From Eledone cirrhosa (taxonomy: Eukaryota), in contig OZ024751.1 of NCBI GenBank assembly GCA_964016885.1, positions 21,266,001-21,330,000 of the forward strand: a DNA stretch of 64,000 bases, written 5' to 3'. How positions within the stretch are numbered: position 1 is the first letter of the stretch; each line of letters begins with the position of its first letter. Shown here one piece after another: positions 39,195-57,846 of the stretch. The notes beneath the pieces were generated by a model, which worked only from the letters and a program-made list of their open reading frames with translations, ran no database searches and was not told the DNA's origin. The position numbers and the translations under genes are program-made.

Positions 39195-39655
39195 CATGCC
39201 AAAGGGCAAAGGAGCTCTTAAGAGTCAATGGCCATCCCATATCACCGGGAGAGATGACCCCTTAGCCTTTGTCAAGGCAGAATTCTAGGAGAAGGAAAAC
39301 TCTGATATAACACCTGCAACCCTGATGGTATCCAATGATGTTGACTTGTTCTTCTTTTTGGTAAATATCATCTTGGTTAAGAGAGTGGGACTGGCTTTGT
39401 GCAGTGCCTTTGCTCACTATAAAAGCTTCACGGCACAGGCATTGCTTTATATCTAGAGATCTCTCTGCACTTGTCGTCACATGGTACCATGGGCCCAGCA
39501 CTATGTGCCAATGATTGTCACAAGTGTAGTGTTTGTACCAGAGTTTTCAAGTCGCTGGCTGGACTAAAAAGTCACACTCGTTCAGCGCATCGGTAGGGGT
39601 TCTCCTACATGGATATAAAGTAGTGGCCGTACTCGAAAACGAGTTGGCAGTCACC
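39195..39655 (+). mobile_element. RTE-derived non-autonomous element, 5'-truncated, with (ATGT)n tail
   Basis: CTAGGAGAAGGAAAACTCTG block; CSVCTRVFKSLAGLKSHTRSAH* zinc finger at 39525-39596; terminal hairpin ACTCG-AAAA-CGAGT. Confidence 0.72.
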
Positions 39656-40199
39656 ATGTATGTATGTACGTATGGTGTATGTATGTACGCACGTATTGTG
39701 TATGTATGCCTGTATGGTTTGTGTATGTATGGATATATATGTATGTATGGTGTTTGTATGTATGTATGTATATATATGTATGTATATGTATGCTTGTGTA
39801 TATGCGTGTGTGCCTCCTTATGCGTGATTGTTTGTTTGCCTCTTATGACCAGCAGTTTATTTTTAGATTATATTCAACACACACATACATACACATTCAC
39901 ACACACTTACTCACACATTCACACACACATATATATACACATATGCGTGTGCGCATGTGTATATGTGTGTGCACGTACGCACGTGTATATGTGTGTGTGC
40001 GCACGTGTGTATATATGGCTGTGTTATAAAAGTACACTTCACCTTTTTATTTGTCAGTATCCAGTAATCTAAACCTAAATGTATTGACTGGCAGGAAATA
40101 ATATTAAACATATATTGATTATCGATTTTTAAACTCGTCTATGCTGGCAACTCTGTTAGATCGATGTTGACCAATAGTAATCTTTATATATCTTCACAC

Positions 40200-40996
40200 G
40201 ATGACGACACCAATGGTGATGGTGGTGGCGGTGTTGGTGTAGGTGATGGTTGTGTTGGTGGTGGTGGTGATGTTTGTGGTGGTGGTGATGGTGACGATGG
40301 TGATGGTGATGATGATGGTGATGATGATGGTGACGGTGATGATGATGGTGATGGTGATGGTGATGATGGTTTTTGTGGTGTCTCTAGTGGTTTTGGTGGT
40401 GGTGGCGATGGTGGTGGTGGCGATGATGATGATGGTAGTAGTGGTGTTGGTGGTTCTTGTGGTGGTGATGGCTGTGGTGGTGATGATGGCGATGGTGATG
40501 ATGGTGATAATGGTGATGGTGCTGATGGTGATGGTGAAGGTGATGGTGATGATGGTGTTTGTTGTGTTTGTGATGGTGTTGGTGATGATGGTGATGATGT
40601 TGGTGTTTGTGGTGGTCGTGGCGATTGTCGTGGTGGTGATGATGGTGATGACGATGGGGTGATGCGATGTTAATGATGGTGATGATGGCGATGACGATAG
40701 TGATGATGGTGATGATGATGGGGTGATGGTGATGATGGTGTTTGTAGTGGTTTTGGTGGTGGCGACGATGGCGATGGTGATGATCGTACTGGTGATGGTG
40801 GTGTTGGTGGAGTCTTTTGTGGTGGTGAAGATGATAGTGATGATGGTAGTGTTCGGGGTGATGGTGGAGATGCTTATGATGATGATGATGATGATGATGA
40901 TGTTGGTAGCGACGGTGACGATGGTGGTGATGTTGATGATGGTGATGATAGTGGTGATGTTGATGGTGATGATGGTGGTGATGGTGGTGATGGTGG

Positions 40997-41088
<92 letters not shown>

Positions 41089-41097
41089 TCGATGGTG

Positions 41098-41129
<32 letters not shown>

Positions 41130-41224
41130 GAGAAGGAGGAGGACGATAATAATGGTGATGATGACGATGGTGATGATGATTGTCGTGGCTATGATGATGA
41201 TGATGATCATGATGCAGATGTTGT

Positions 41225-41256
<32 letters not shown>

Positions 41257-41337
41257 GTGATTGTAGTGGCTATGATAATGATTATGATGATCATGATATG
41301 ACTGGTGCCGACGGTGATGACGATGTTGATGATAGTA

Positions 41338-41385
<48 letters not shown>

Positions 41386-41400
41386 GTGGTATTAACGGTG
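40200..41400. repeat. (GAT/GGT)n degenerate trinucleotide tract
   Basis: Direct reading. Confidence 0.9.
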
Positions 41401-41575
41401 CTAGTAACGACGATAGTGACACCAATAATGGCGGTAATGACGATAGCATCACCGTTAATGTTGATTTATTTACTTAATTAATATTATTAATATCGTTATA
41501 ATTCACGATTGACGTCGTTATTAATAATATCCTTGTATAATATCCTTGGTATTAAGATCCACATTATTGATATGC

Positions 41576-41800
41576 TTTTAATCTCCCTAATTTGTCGCTC
41601 CTGCAGCAATAATAAAAATCCTTTTTATGTCCCTAATCTGTCGCTCCTCTAGCAATAATAGAAGTCCCTTTTTTATGTTCCTAATTTCTCGCCTCTATAG
41701 CAATAATAGAAACCGCGTTTATGTTCCTGATCTGTTGTTCATGTAGCACTCTTTTTATGTCCCTAATCTATGACCCTTGTAGCAATAATAGAAACCCTTT
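41576..41800. repeat. Degenerate ~47-bp tandem repeat, 5 units
   Basis: TTTATGTCCCTAATCTGTCGCTCCT..AGCAATAATAGAA. Confidence 0.8.
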
Positions 41801-41889
41801 TGGGGCAAATAAAATATTGTTTTAACCAATGAAGGAGCCTCAACGTGGTTGCTCAACCTGTTAGAATTAGCAGCAAAATCTCCCCCAAG

Positions 41890-42104
41890 ATTGGAATTAA
41901 TGATTTGAAGTACGACAATTCAAGTACCAACATTGGAATTAATGATTTGAAGTACATAGATTTGAGTACGACAACTCAAGTACCAACATTGGAATTAATG
42001 ATTTGAAGTACATAGATTTGAGTACGACAACTCAAGTACCAACATTGGAATTAATGATTTGAAGTACATAGATTTGAGTACGACAACTCAAGTACCAAGA
42101 TTGA
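41890..42104. repeat. 56-bp tandem array (3 full units + 1 deleted unit) between 57-bp direct repeats
   Basis: Units start at 41890, 41932, 41988 and 42044; flanks 41828-41884 = 42105-42161. Confidence 0.9.
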
Positions 42105-43138
42105 AATGAAGGAGCCTCAACGTGGTTGCTCAACCTGTTAGAATTAGCAGCAAAATCTCCCTCAAATTATACAACACCTACCCAGCCTCAATCGTCCTAG
42201 AAAAGAACCAGCTGGATGAGGTTCTGCGTTCCATGCATATATGGAAAATAAATATAATGATCACATCATAAATAGCAGCCAAACCTCCCTAAAAGCACAC
42301 AACAAATCTTTACAAAATGTAGGACATGGTTTGAACAACATGCGGAGTTATTTTTACTTGAATATAGGCATGTTGGATCATTGTTGACCTGGGGCTAAAT
42401 AAAAGTAGCGCGAAAGAAGATAAAGGTAAACTTGCTGGAAATGATACCTACATCTTCCTCAAAGTCCTCTTTAATAGTGATTTTTGATTCAGGCACAAGA
42501 ACAAAAAAGAGAAAGTTAGGGAAAGAGAGTGTCGATTATATTGACTCAGTATTTGACATTTTTTTTATTTTATCGACCTTGAAGAGATGAAATGTGAAGT
42601 GGACCTCGGCGGGATTTGAACACAGAAGGTAGAAAACTGAAACAAATAGTGTTTGTTGTACACGTTCGTGTAACATGTATGTATGTGTTAGTGTATGTAT
42701 GACACATATACACACTGTATATATGTGCCAGTGTGTGCATGTGTGTATACATGGGTCAGTGTGGGTAAGTGAGTGTATATGAGTGTATTATTCGTAGCAC
42801 GTAACACATTTAGCATGCAGGCATTTTATCACTCATAAATTATGCATAATACTTGTGCAGAAGATTTTCCTTGTAATCCTTCAACAAAATTTATACACTT
42901 ATATGTAACCCACATATATTTTAGTATTACAATGATATAGAATAACTCCACGGTAACACTTAATATGAATAGTAAATCATTTCTTTTTACCTTCATTTCG
43001 ATTTATTATATTTATATTGTATTTATATTTTTATTTTTATTTTCATTTTCATTTTCATTTTCATTTTCATTTTCATTTTCATTTTCATTTTCATTTTCAT
43101 TTTCATTTTTATTTTTATTTTTATTTTTATTTTTATTT

Positions 43139-43173
<35 letters not shown>

Positions 43174-43780
43174 TTTTTTTTTTTTTATTTATTTTTTTTT
43201 TTTTTTATTTTGTCACGGTTAATAACTGACAAAATCCTCACATCACAATTTATTACTCAGATGATATTACACATGACACAATTTATATGATATTATCTCC
43301 TTCACATTTCCCTACCACTCCCAACACCTCCCACCCACCCCCACCATTCAATGACTCCATAAGGAGTAAATAAGTGTTCGATAAAGTTCTCATATATTAT
43401 AGTAAATTTATATTTTTTTAAATATCCTATCATCTATTATAACAATTTAATTATCTCTGTTATATCAATCTATTAATTTATCTTCTAAAGCCCACAATTT
43501 ATTTGATTTCCTTCGTATTCTCCTCAATATTGTCTCTACAGTACAATAACAATTTAACGCATCAACCGAGTATATACACACTCCATAAATAACCTGTCTC
43601 TGTATACTTTCAATTAATGTGTGCCTGTATTGGGGTTTGTGGTCAGCGAATTGGCAACGACGTTAGAACGTTCGTTAGAATGCTTTACCGTGTTCGTCCC
43701 GCTCTCTGAGTTCAGATTCCTCCTATGTCTTTCATTAATATTAACCCTTTATATCACTTTCTCTCTTCCACTCTCTATCA

Positions 43781-43866
<86 letters not shown>

Positions 43867-43974
43867 AAAAGAAATCTATTGTGTTCAAATATGGTGAGGG
43901 GATAGGTACTGCCAGGTGCATCCACGACTCTTGTAGGTAAAAGTCTAAACTGTTATTTTCCTTGCTTTCTTCGC

Positions 43975-44292
43975 TCTGAGTTCAAAGACCCGTCGAGATT
44001 AACTTTAGTTTTCATTATTCCGGTATCGATGTTCAAATCCCACCAAGGTTAGCTTTGCCTTTCATCCTTACAGGGTCGATAAAATAAAGTACCAGTAATG
44101 TACTGGGGTCGACTTAATCGACTTTCCCCTCCCCTTCAAATCGCTGGCCTTGTGCCTAAATTAGAAACAATTATTCCGGTATCGATAAAATAAAGAACCA
44201 GTCGAATACTGAAGATCAATATATGCACGTAATCCTGACACCCCTTGTCCGCCCTCTATCATATACATGGAAACATTGCTGGCCTTGTGCTT
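43975..44292 (+). mobile_element. Nested S1 SINEs (young copy inside an older copy)
   Basis: Inner copy ~44031-44175 is flanked by duplicated ATTATTCCGGTATCGAT. Confidence 0.7.
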
Positions 44293-44863
44293 GGATTAAA
44301 CGCCATTATGTTATTATTTGCACATTTTTCACTCTCGCACTTCCCCCATTTATTCTTATTAGCAACAAGTCCTATCTTTCTGTTTATATTTTGATATCCT
44401 ACTTAACAGAGAATCCTGGTATTAGCAGGTTTTACCATATTTTATCAGTTAACTAATCTTTCGTGAGTGTTCATCGATTCTTCTTCTTCTTCTTCTTCTT
44501 CTTCTTCTTCTTCTTCTTCTTCTTCTTCTTCTTCTTCTTCTTCTTCTTCTTCTTCTTCTTCTTCTTCTTCTTCTTCTTCTTCTTCTTCTTCTTCTTCTTC
44601 TTCTTCACTATCTTCCAATACTTTTTAGTCTATAATTAAATTTACTACTTAATTTACAACACTGAAATTCTTGTCTTCTTTAAAATTCCCCCTCACACCA
44701 CACACACTCACACACCTCATAGAGATAACCGGAGATTAAATATTTTTCAGCATGCTCATTTCCCTTTGTCTTAGTAAGAGTGCACTCGAGTTACTTCCCC
44801 CTTGCAAAGATGGCTCTCTAAATTATACCTGTTAATAATTTTTTTTATTTATCCGGTCATCTG

Positions 44864-44955
44864 TACTTTAACTAAACATAGACTGACAATACTTTTTCAA
44901 ATTAATTCCAAACTTATAGATCCGCCCTCTGTGTGTGTGTGTATATATATATATA

Positions 44956-45025
<70 letters not shown>

Positions 45026-45091
45026 GAGGGCGGATCTATAAGTTTGGAATTAATTTGAAAAAGTATTGTCAGTCTATGTTTAGGTAAAGTA
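44864..45091. repeat. Near-perfect inverted repeat centred on a (TA)n tract
   Basis: ~67 bp of unique sequence mirrored with 1 mismatch. Confidence 0.92.
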
Positions 45092-45143
45092 TATATTTAT
45101 ATATATATATATATGTGTGTGTGTGTATATATGTATATATATA

Positions 45144-45179
<36 letters not shown>

Positions 45180-45264
45180 CTAGATCTTCCAACTCATAAT
45201 ATTATATTATAAAATTAAATCAAAATTTTTTAACACTGCAAGTGAAGTCATTCTTTTCCTTTTT

Positions 45265-45384
<120 letters not shown>

Positions 45385-45391
45385 TATGTAC

Positions 45392-45439
<48 letters not shown>

Positions 45440-45547
45440 ATATATACATATATAAATATATATATATACATAATATATGTACATATATAAATATAAATAT
45501 ATACATATATATAACATATATACATATATACTCATACACATACATGC

Positions 45548-45579
<32 letters not shown>

Positions 45580-45654
45580 GGAAGTGAGTGATATATATAT
45601 ATATATATTTAAATATATATATATATATATAAGCTTTGGAATACTCCTAATAAC

Positions 45655-45704
<50 letters not shown>

Positions 45705-45960
45705 GAGAGAGGAAGCAAGGAAGAAATACTTCACAATAAGCAACAGATGTGACATTTACTCCAACACTAATTTCATATGACAATTATGAAACCCCTTCTC
45801 CACCTTCACCCCTTCTCCACCTTCACGTTCATGGTAAGGCAGTGATGGCGGATAAGGAGGACCGACAGAGTATTAAAACTGTGAAGAACTTATATAACAC
45901 CTATTATTTGTTTTTAGCTGCTTCTTTCTCGCTGAGTGTGTGTGTCTGTGTGTGTATATA

Positions 45961-46039
<79 letters not shown>

Positions 46040-46108
46040 ATAAATAAATACAATATCGGAGAAAGCTTTTTAGCGATACTTTTTATTATATATATACTCG
46101 ATACTCTT

Positions 46109-46156
<48 letters not shown>

Positions 46157-46162
<6 letters not shown>

Positions 46163-46602
46163 AAGTTTGTCCTTCATCAGTGATCTTCCAACCATCATAG
46201 GCATTTCATCGCTTTAAAGACCATATACCTCCGGTTGGTGCGAGCAACGGCTAAAAAAAGTCGTTGGGACACGTAAATAAAGGGGACGCGAGGGTAAACA
46301 AACAAAATGGTGAAGCAACAGAAAGTGAGGAAGAAGGAGACAAGTCCCAAATTTCTATGAATTTAAATTCGGTGAAATCGTGAACGAGAGAATAAAGACC
46401 ATCAAACCTGGTTGAAATGTGAGCAAGGAAGGAATTTCACACAGGTCTAACGGGAGGAAGAAGGGGTCTGGTCTGCGAATTCGGTAAACATAAGTTCTGT
46501 GAAATCGTAGACGAGAGAGAGAAAAAATTCCGACCAGCTTGGCCGAGCGTGATGTTTGCTCTAATCTGATCAAAAATTTGTCACCATTTTCTTTTCCTTT
46601 TA

Positions 46603-46605
<3 letters not shown>
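46157..46605. repeat. Unclassified dispersed repeat, copy 2, flanked by (TA)n
   Basis: Matches 22385-22740 over ~350 bp. Confidence 0.8.
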
Positions 46606-46677
<72 letters not shown>

Positions 46678-47223
46678 ACACACACTCACGCACTTGTAGC
46701 CATGCATACAAGCAATTGGGTCTTTCCATTTCAAATATCTATTAGATTGATATTTTATGTGGAAGAATGACGTGCCACCATTTTGCAAACAGCTATAATC
46801 TACGCCGTGCTTGACATATACAGCATTATTATAGTTACATTCCTCTGTAGAAAGATGAGGCGAAAACATCTCCGATATCCACAAAGATAATCTCTTATGT
46901 TTTCCTGTGTTCACAGAAATAAAAGAATGTCTTTACATTTCATTTTAAAATACTGCAGTAATAAATCTTGGTGTCTGACTATAGAATTTTATATTTAAGA
47001 CTACCTTATTCAACGTGTCCTTCGTTTTGAATGATATTTCGAAGCTATTTCTAGCAAGTCGACTGACTACATAGAAGATCAATCAATGTAAGTTTTGAAT
47101 GTTTATCGATAGTCAATATTTCTTTACGAAATTCTTATGATCAACGAATGGCTAGAATGAACAAAAACACACGCATTCATTTACGCAAACACATACACGC
47201 ACATATTCGCAAAACAACGCGCA

Positions 47224-47311
<88 letters not shown>

Positions 47312-48042
47312 AACATATACGCACCACTCACGTGTACACTCAAATACACACAGATATATGTGTGCATACACAAGACTTAATACGTATTACACACACACAC
47401 ACGTGCATAAACACCAGAAACATGAGTACACACACAGATGAGGGCATAAACATGCACAAACACACACACACGTTCACGTGCACATGCTCAAACAAATGCA
47501 TACTCACCACATACATGTGTATGCACATTTGCGTGCATACACATGTATGCACAAACTGACACACACACACACACACACACACGTTGGCGCACACATACAC
47601 CCACAAATACTTATACAGCACATACATGTCTAGACACAGATACGTACGTACAATTGCACACGCAAACACACACACGTTGGCGTACACATACACACACAAA
47701 TATTTACACAGCACAAATATGTCTACACACAGATACGTACATACAAATGCACACGCAAACACACACACACACATACACACACACACCAATACATACACAA
47801 CACACATGTGTCCAAGCAGAGGTATTTACACAGAAATACACACACACACATTTGCGTACACATATACGCACAAATACACACGCAACACACGTGACTACAC
47901 AGATATTTACACAGAAATACGTACACACCGACATTCACACACACACACACATACCCCCCCCACACACACACACGCACACACATACACACACCCACACACC
48001 CCCACACACACACATTGATGTACACATACATACACAGACACG

Positions 48043-52185
<4,143 letters not shown>

Positions 52186-52318
52186 ATATATATAAATGTG
52201 TGTGTGTGTGTGTATGTGTGTGTGTATGTGTTCTTTTTTGGTGGAACAAGAGACTCCTAGTCTCATGCTTAACTATCAAGCGATGGCATTACTCGAAATC
52301 AAATTGCAGCCATCATCA

Positions 52319-52406
<88 letters not shown>

Positions 52407-52705
52407 GTATAATATATATATTTATGCAAACGAAGCTAACTTCACATACTCTAATTGAAAATTCATACATAAAATAACAACTATTACAACAAAAAGCGCA
52501 AGAAGGACAAAAGTAATGACAACTAAAGACATCATTTTTAATAAATCTCCTTAATTATCCATAACTCGGTGTAAGTCACAAAATATTAATTCCATTTCAG
52601 CTTTGTTTCTATTATCTTCTCAGAGGCAGGTTTCATTTATCAGCTGAAGTCAGAAAGAGATATGTGTGTGTGTGTATATATATAAATGTGTGTGTGTATA
52701 TATAT

Positions 52706-52799
<94 letters not shown>

Positions 52800-53372
52800 A
52801 AGAACCAATCGTCTTTTTGTTAAATGGCGATAAGAAAATAGAACCACTACCACAAACAACAATAAAACAAACAACGCCAACAACAACAACAACGCCAACA
52901 ACGCCAACAACAACAACAACAACAACGCCAACAACAATAAGAACAACAACAGTAACGCTAATAATAACAACATCACAAATTATACATTAAATATTAAGGA
53001 ACCATTTTCGAACGAATAATAAATAAAGAAAAATATACATACATAAATAAACACCTAAATAAAGAAATAAAGAACTAAGAAAACCAGCAAGAAAAACAGC
53101 ACAACCCGCAGATATATCATTTCTTATCAATTATTCTGGTTTTAAATAAAAGAATTGAAAATAGAAGCACAAGATAAAGGACGTATAGGTAAGACACACA
53201 CACACACACACATACAAACACACACACATATACATACACACACACACTGCTCACATACATCCATAAAACGGATTTACAAAAATATTTTCCCCCATCTCCT
53301 TCCTTCCAAAATACAATATGGATATAGTTTCCTGTGCAAATCTTTTTTAAAAAATTGTATTTCTATTATATA

Positions 53373-53435
<63 letters not shown>

Positions 53436-53487
53436 GCACACACACATATATATATATATATTTATATATATATATATATATATACTG

Positions 53488-53520
<33 letters not shown>

Positions 53521-53609
53521 ATATGTATACACACATATATACATATATACATACACACACACATACATATATATATATATCACATATATATGTATATATT
53601 TCATATATA

Positions 53610-53644
<35 letters not shown>

Positions 53645-53685
53645 TGATAGATAGATAAATAGATAGATACAATACATACATACAT

Positions 53686-53735
53686 GATTGCTGCCCCCTC
53701 GTTATCGAGTATGGCCATGGCACGAGATGAAAAGA
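53686..53735 (-). mobile_element. Short 3' terminus of a related RTE family
   Basis: GGCCATACTCG-ATAA-CGAGGGGGCAGCAATC then (ATGT)n; parallels 39625-39655. Confidence 0.6.
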
Positions 53736-53858
53736 AAAAAATTAATAAATAAATAAAAAAGAAAATAAAAAGAAAAAAAGAAAAAGGAATATATATATAT
53801 ATATATACATACATACATACATACATATCTACATACATACATACATACATACATACAT

Positions 53859-54408
53859 GGTGGCTGCCACTACTTTATATCCATGTAGGAGAACCCCAAC
53901 CGATACGCTGAACGAGTGTGACTTTTTAGTCCAGCCAGCGACTCGAAAACTCTGGTACAAACACTACACTTGTGACAATTATTGACACATAGTGCTGGGC
54001 CCTTGGTACCATGTGACGACAAGTGTAGAGAGATCTCCAGATATAAAGCAATGCCTGTGCCGTGAAGCTTTTATAGTGAGCAAAGGCACTGCACAAAGCC
54101 AGTCCCACTCTCTTAACCAAGATGATATTTACCAAAAAGAAGAACAAGTCAACATCATTGGATACCATCAGAGTTGCAGGTGTTATATCAGAGTTTTCCT
54201 TCTCCTAGAATTCTGCCTTGACAAAGGCTAAGGGGTCATCTCTCCCGGTGATTTGGGATGGCCATTGACTCTTAAGAGCTCCTTTGCCCTTTGACAGGTT
54301 TTGCTTTTAAGCCTGCAGGATGTCTAAAGTCACCCCCCTCACCAAGAAACCTTGGTGGGGTTGCAAGTTTAGTCGCCAACGACCCGACCATGGGATACAT
54401 GTTACCAG
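53859..54408 (-). mobile_element. Longer copy of the RTE-derived non-autonomous element (~550 bp)
   Basis: Reverse complement is highly similar to 39199-39655, with ~115 extra 5' bases; (ATGT)n on both sides. Confidence 0.75.
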
Positions 54409-54516
54409 TACATGCATACATACATAAGTACATACGTACATACATACATACATACATACATACATACATACATACATACATACATACATACATACATACA
54501 TACATACATACATACA

Positions 54517-55008
54517 TTGAGACAGATGGCACTAAGGAATACTGGTGGAACCTGAAAATAAAAACTGCCACCAAATTAAAGCACAACCGGCCTGATATTG
54601 TAGTTTGGGACCACACATTGAAAACGTGTTCTGTTGTGGAGATCAGCTGCCCACTTGATGTAAACGTTGTCAGAAAAATACAGGAGAAGGAGGACATCTA
54701 CGGACCATTGATGAGGAGTTTACAAATCCAGTATCCAAGATACACCTTTAGCTTCATACCCATCATTATTGGTGCTACGGGTTATATACCAACCCGCTTG
54801 GACCAAAGTATGACTGAACTTGGATTTGCGGACAAAAAGCGCAGCTCCCTAATTCATAGTCTACAAATGGCTGCGATAGCTGGCACCTTCAACATTTGCA
54901 AAACATTCTTGCGATTCAAGGGATGACAATTTCTTTCCTTTTACAACCTTGCCACCAGGAAGGTGGCCGGTCAAAAAAATATACTCGAAATTAAGAGAAA
55001 GAGAAAAC
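54517..55008 (+). mobile_element. 5'-truncated R4/Dong-like retrotransposon (RLE domain + 3'UTR) in (ATAC)n
   Basis: YWW..KHNRPDIVVWD..VVEISCP..EK..Y..PIIIGATG is a PD-(D/E)xK restriction-like endonuclease; stop at 54926. Confidence 0.87.
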
Positions 55009-55581
55009 ATACATACATACATACATACATACATACATACATACATACATACGTACGTACGTACATACATACATACATACATACCTACATATCCACATAC
55101 ATACATATATACATACCTACCTACATACATACATACATATATACATACATACATACATACATACATACATACATACATACATACATACATACATACGTAC
55201 GTACATGCATTCATACATACATACATACATACATACATACATACATACATACATACATACATACATACCTACATACATACATACATACATACATACATAC
55301 CTACATACATACATACATACATACGTACGATTTTTCTTGATATTGCATTTTTAGCCCATTTTTCTTTCTGTCAATTGCTACTTTCTTCACCATTACCATT
55401 CCACGCCACCCTCTAATAGATGCTAACACACAAACACACTTACACAAGTGTGTATATATACACACATATATATATATATATATACACACACATACATATA
55501 CAGCCCTCACATTGATTGAGTTCTTCATATAGAAAAACCCATATTTATGTCGTATTTATAAACAAACACAATTGTATATAA

Positions 55582-55681
<100 letters not shown>

Positions 55682-55823
55682 CATTATATATATACACACA
55701 CACACACACACAAACACAGACACACACATATATATATATATAAAAGATAAATAGGTGATTAAATATGGCTTCTCTTAAATTACTAATGCACAATTCTTTA
55801 TAGAACTTTTACTTAAACCAAAG

Positions 55824-55859
<36 letters not shown>

Positions 55860-55898
55860 ATGCATGTATTTATATAAAAATATATTATACTATATACT

Positions 55899-55971
<73 letters not shown>

Positions 55972-56002
55972 CTTTATATATATATATATATATATATTTT
56001 AT

Positions 56003-56074
<72 letters not shown>

Positions 56075-56849
56075 TAAGTGTATGTGTGTATACATATATA
56101 CATTTAATATTAGAAAGTATATTATAGCCTGTATTATTTTCATGAATTATTTTATAAAGATTAATGTATAAAAAAACAAACATTAAGTACTCTTCTACCG
56201 GAAGCTACAGATTGAATTGAAATTACTATCTCTCTCTATATATATGCATACATATATGTATATATACATACATATATATACATATATATATACATACACA
56301 CACATACATATATATGTGTGTGTGTGTGTGTGTGCATATATGCAAATTAACAGATCACAAGGAAAAGGAATTAGTTCATCCAAAATGAAATATAGTTTGT
56401 TTTTGAAAATCTGTGGTTTTGCAGAAATAGTGATGATTATCTAAATACTTTTTATCCTAACCGGTTTTTCTATGCGAAGGTTTTCAAAGTTTAATTTTAA
56501 TTTCTTCTCGTGTTGAATATGTTTTACGCGTGTTGCTGTGTCTTGCTTAAGTCTGTCCTACGGCAAGAGGTACGAAGAAGATATAGAGATCAGGCTTACG
56601 ACTAAAGTTCGCGACCTAGCGCTTGCTTTACGAGTTTCTACTGAGACTCGGGTGGCTACTGGCGTTGTATGAAGTACCTATAATATCTGTGGTGGGAGTG
56701 GTGTGGCGAATGAACAAACACATTAGCAGGTATTACGAACTTTCGTCAATCTTCTCATCAGTAGGTCTTATGGCTATGCATTCTATCAGCCATTGTTACA
56801 ACTAAAGAAGTCAATGTGGCAAAGTACAGGATCATGATTGTGTAGAGAA

Positions 56850-56990
56850 ATCTAAGGCTTCAGAAATGAAAATATCAAATATGCAGACGACATTATCTGA
56901 ACATGGCGCACATGTGCAGCTGATATATCAGTGGAATAGGCAGAAAGAAGACTGAAGTCATGCATGAGATGTCAAGGACCCAGAACCACA
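56850..56990 (+). pseudogene. Possible highly decayed RT remnant
   Basis: NIKYADDII* at 56871-56900; nothing else recognisable. Confidence 0.3.
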
Positions 56991-57451
56991 CATTTCCTTC
57001 AATGGAGTAAATTAGACCCATGGCTAAAGAGAGATATGATGATCCAAGCCGAAGTTAGATAGTTACAGGAGGAAAGACAGGAGGAAAGTTTGGGTAAAGT
57101 GAGACCTGCCAAAGCGGAAGGATGATATGGTCTGAGAAGGAGAAGATTATTCTGATTGATCTGACGGCCTGAAAGATGGATGTGCGGAGGCTTCGGACCG
57201 AAGGCCACCATTCACTAAGACCTAATCCGAAACGTTTCCCTTTTTTATATATTTTTCGTTTTCCCCTATGTGTCATTTTCTGCCTATATATATAGAGAGA
57301 GAGATTTTGAGTATATGTTGGTTGTATATCAACACCTCAGTATGCAGGCTGGAGCACTCGACGAAGTGCGCAGGTTGGTTTGGTTACTCCGGAGTAATGT
57401 AAAATAAAGTTAAATAAAAAGTCAAATGTTTAAAATTTAGCTTCGTTTATT

Positions 57452-57506
57452 ACTGCTATATATATTTCAGTGACAGCCATCTTTGGCTGTGACGTCTTCA
57501 GGCAGT
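57452..57506 (-). ncRNA. Type I hammerhead (family D), left arm of inverted repeat
   Basis: ACTGC-CTGAAGA-..ACAGCCA-AAGA-TGGCTGT..-GAAA-TATATA-TA-GCAGT. Confidence 0.8.
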
Positions 57507-57542
57507 CTGAATTATGTACTTGTCTATACCACACTAATTCGG

Positions 57543-57597
57543 ACTGCCTGAAGAGGTCACAGCCAAAGATGGCTGTCACTGAAATATATATAGCAGT
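57543..57597 (+). ncRNA. Type I hammerhead (family D), right arm of inverted repeat
   Basis: Same fold; arms 57403-57514 and 57535-57646 are near-perfect inverted copies. Confidence 0.85.
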
Positions 57598-57642
57598 AAT
57601 AAACGAAGCTAAATTTTAAACATTTTACTTTTTATTTAACTT

Positions 57643-57766
<124 letters not shown>

Positions 57767-57814
57767 AGATTGGGATGTACCAGTTTAGACTAGAAGGACC
57801 ATGCTCAGCTCAAT

Positions 57815-57846
<32 letters not shown>

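Noticed and set aside
38807-39655. Single internally deleted R4 element
   Set aside because: The right part carries its own zinc finger, terminal hairpin and tail on the opposite strand, so these are two elements
41890-42104. CRISPR-like array
   Set aside because: Units are contiguous and near-identical with no unique spacers; no cas genes; eukaryotic context
43200-43620. Minus-strand poly(A)-tailed retrocopy
   Set aside because: An A-rich tail is present but no interpretable coding similarity was found
53992-54231. 79-aa ORF conserved with 39262-39501
   Set aside because: It is antisense to the RTE-derived element, and the conservation only reflects recent copy similarity
56730-56766. Minus-strand CTGATGA..GAAA hammerhead candidate
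   Set aside because: Stems I and II do not pair
57165-57240. CCGAAACGTTT hammerhead-like 3' half
   Set aside because: No canonical CUGANGA with a pairing stem I
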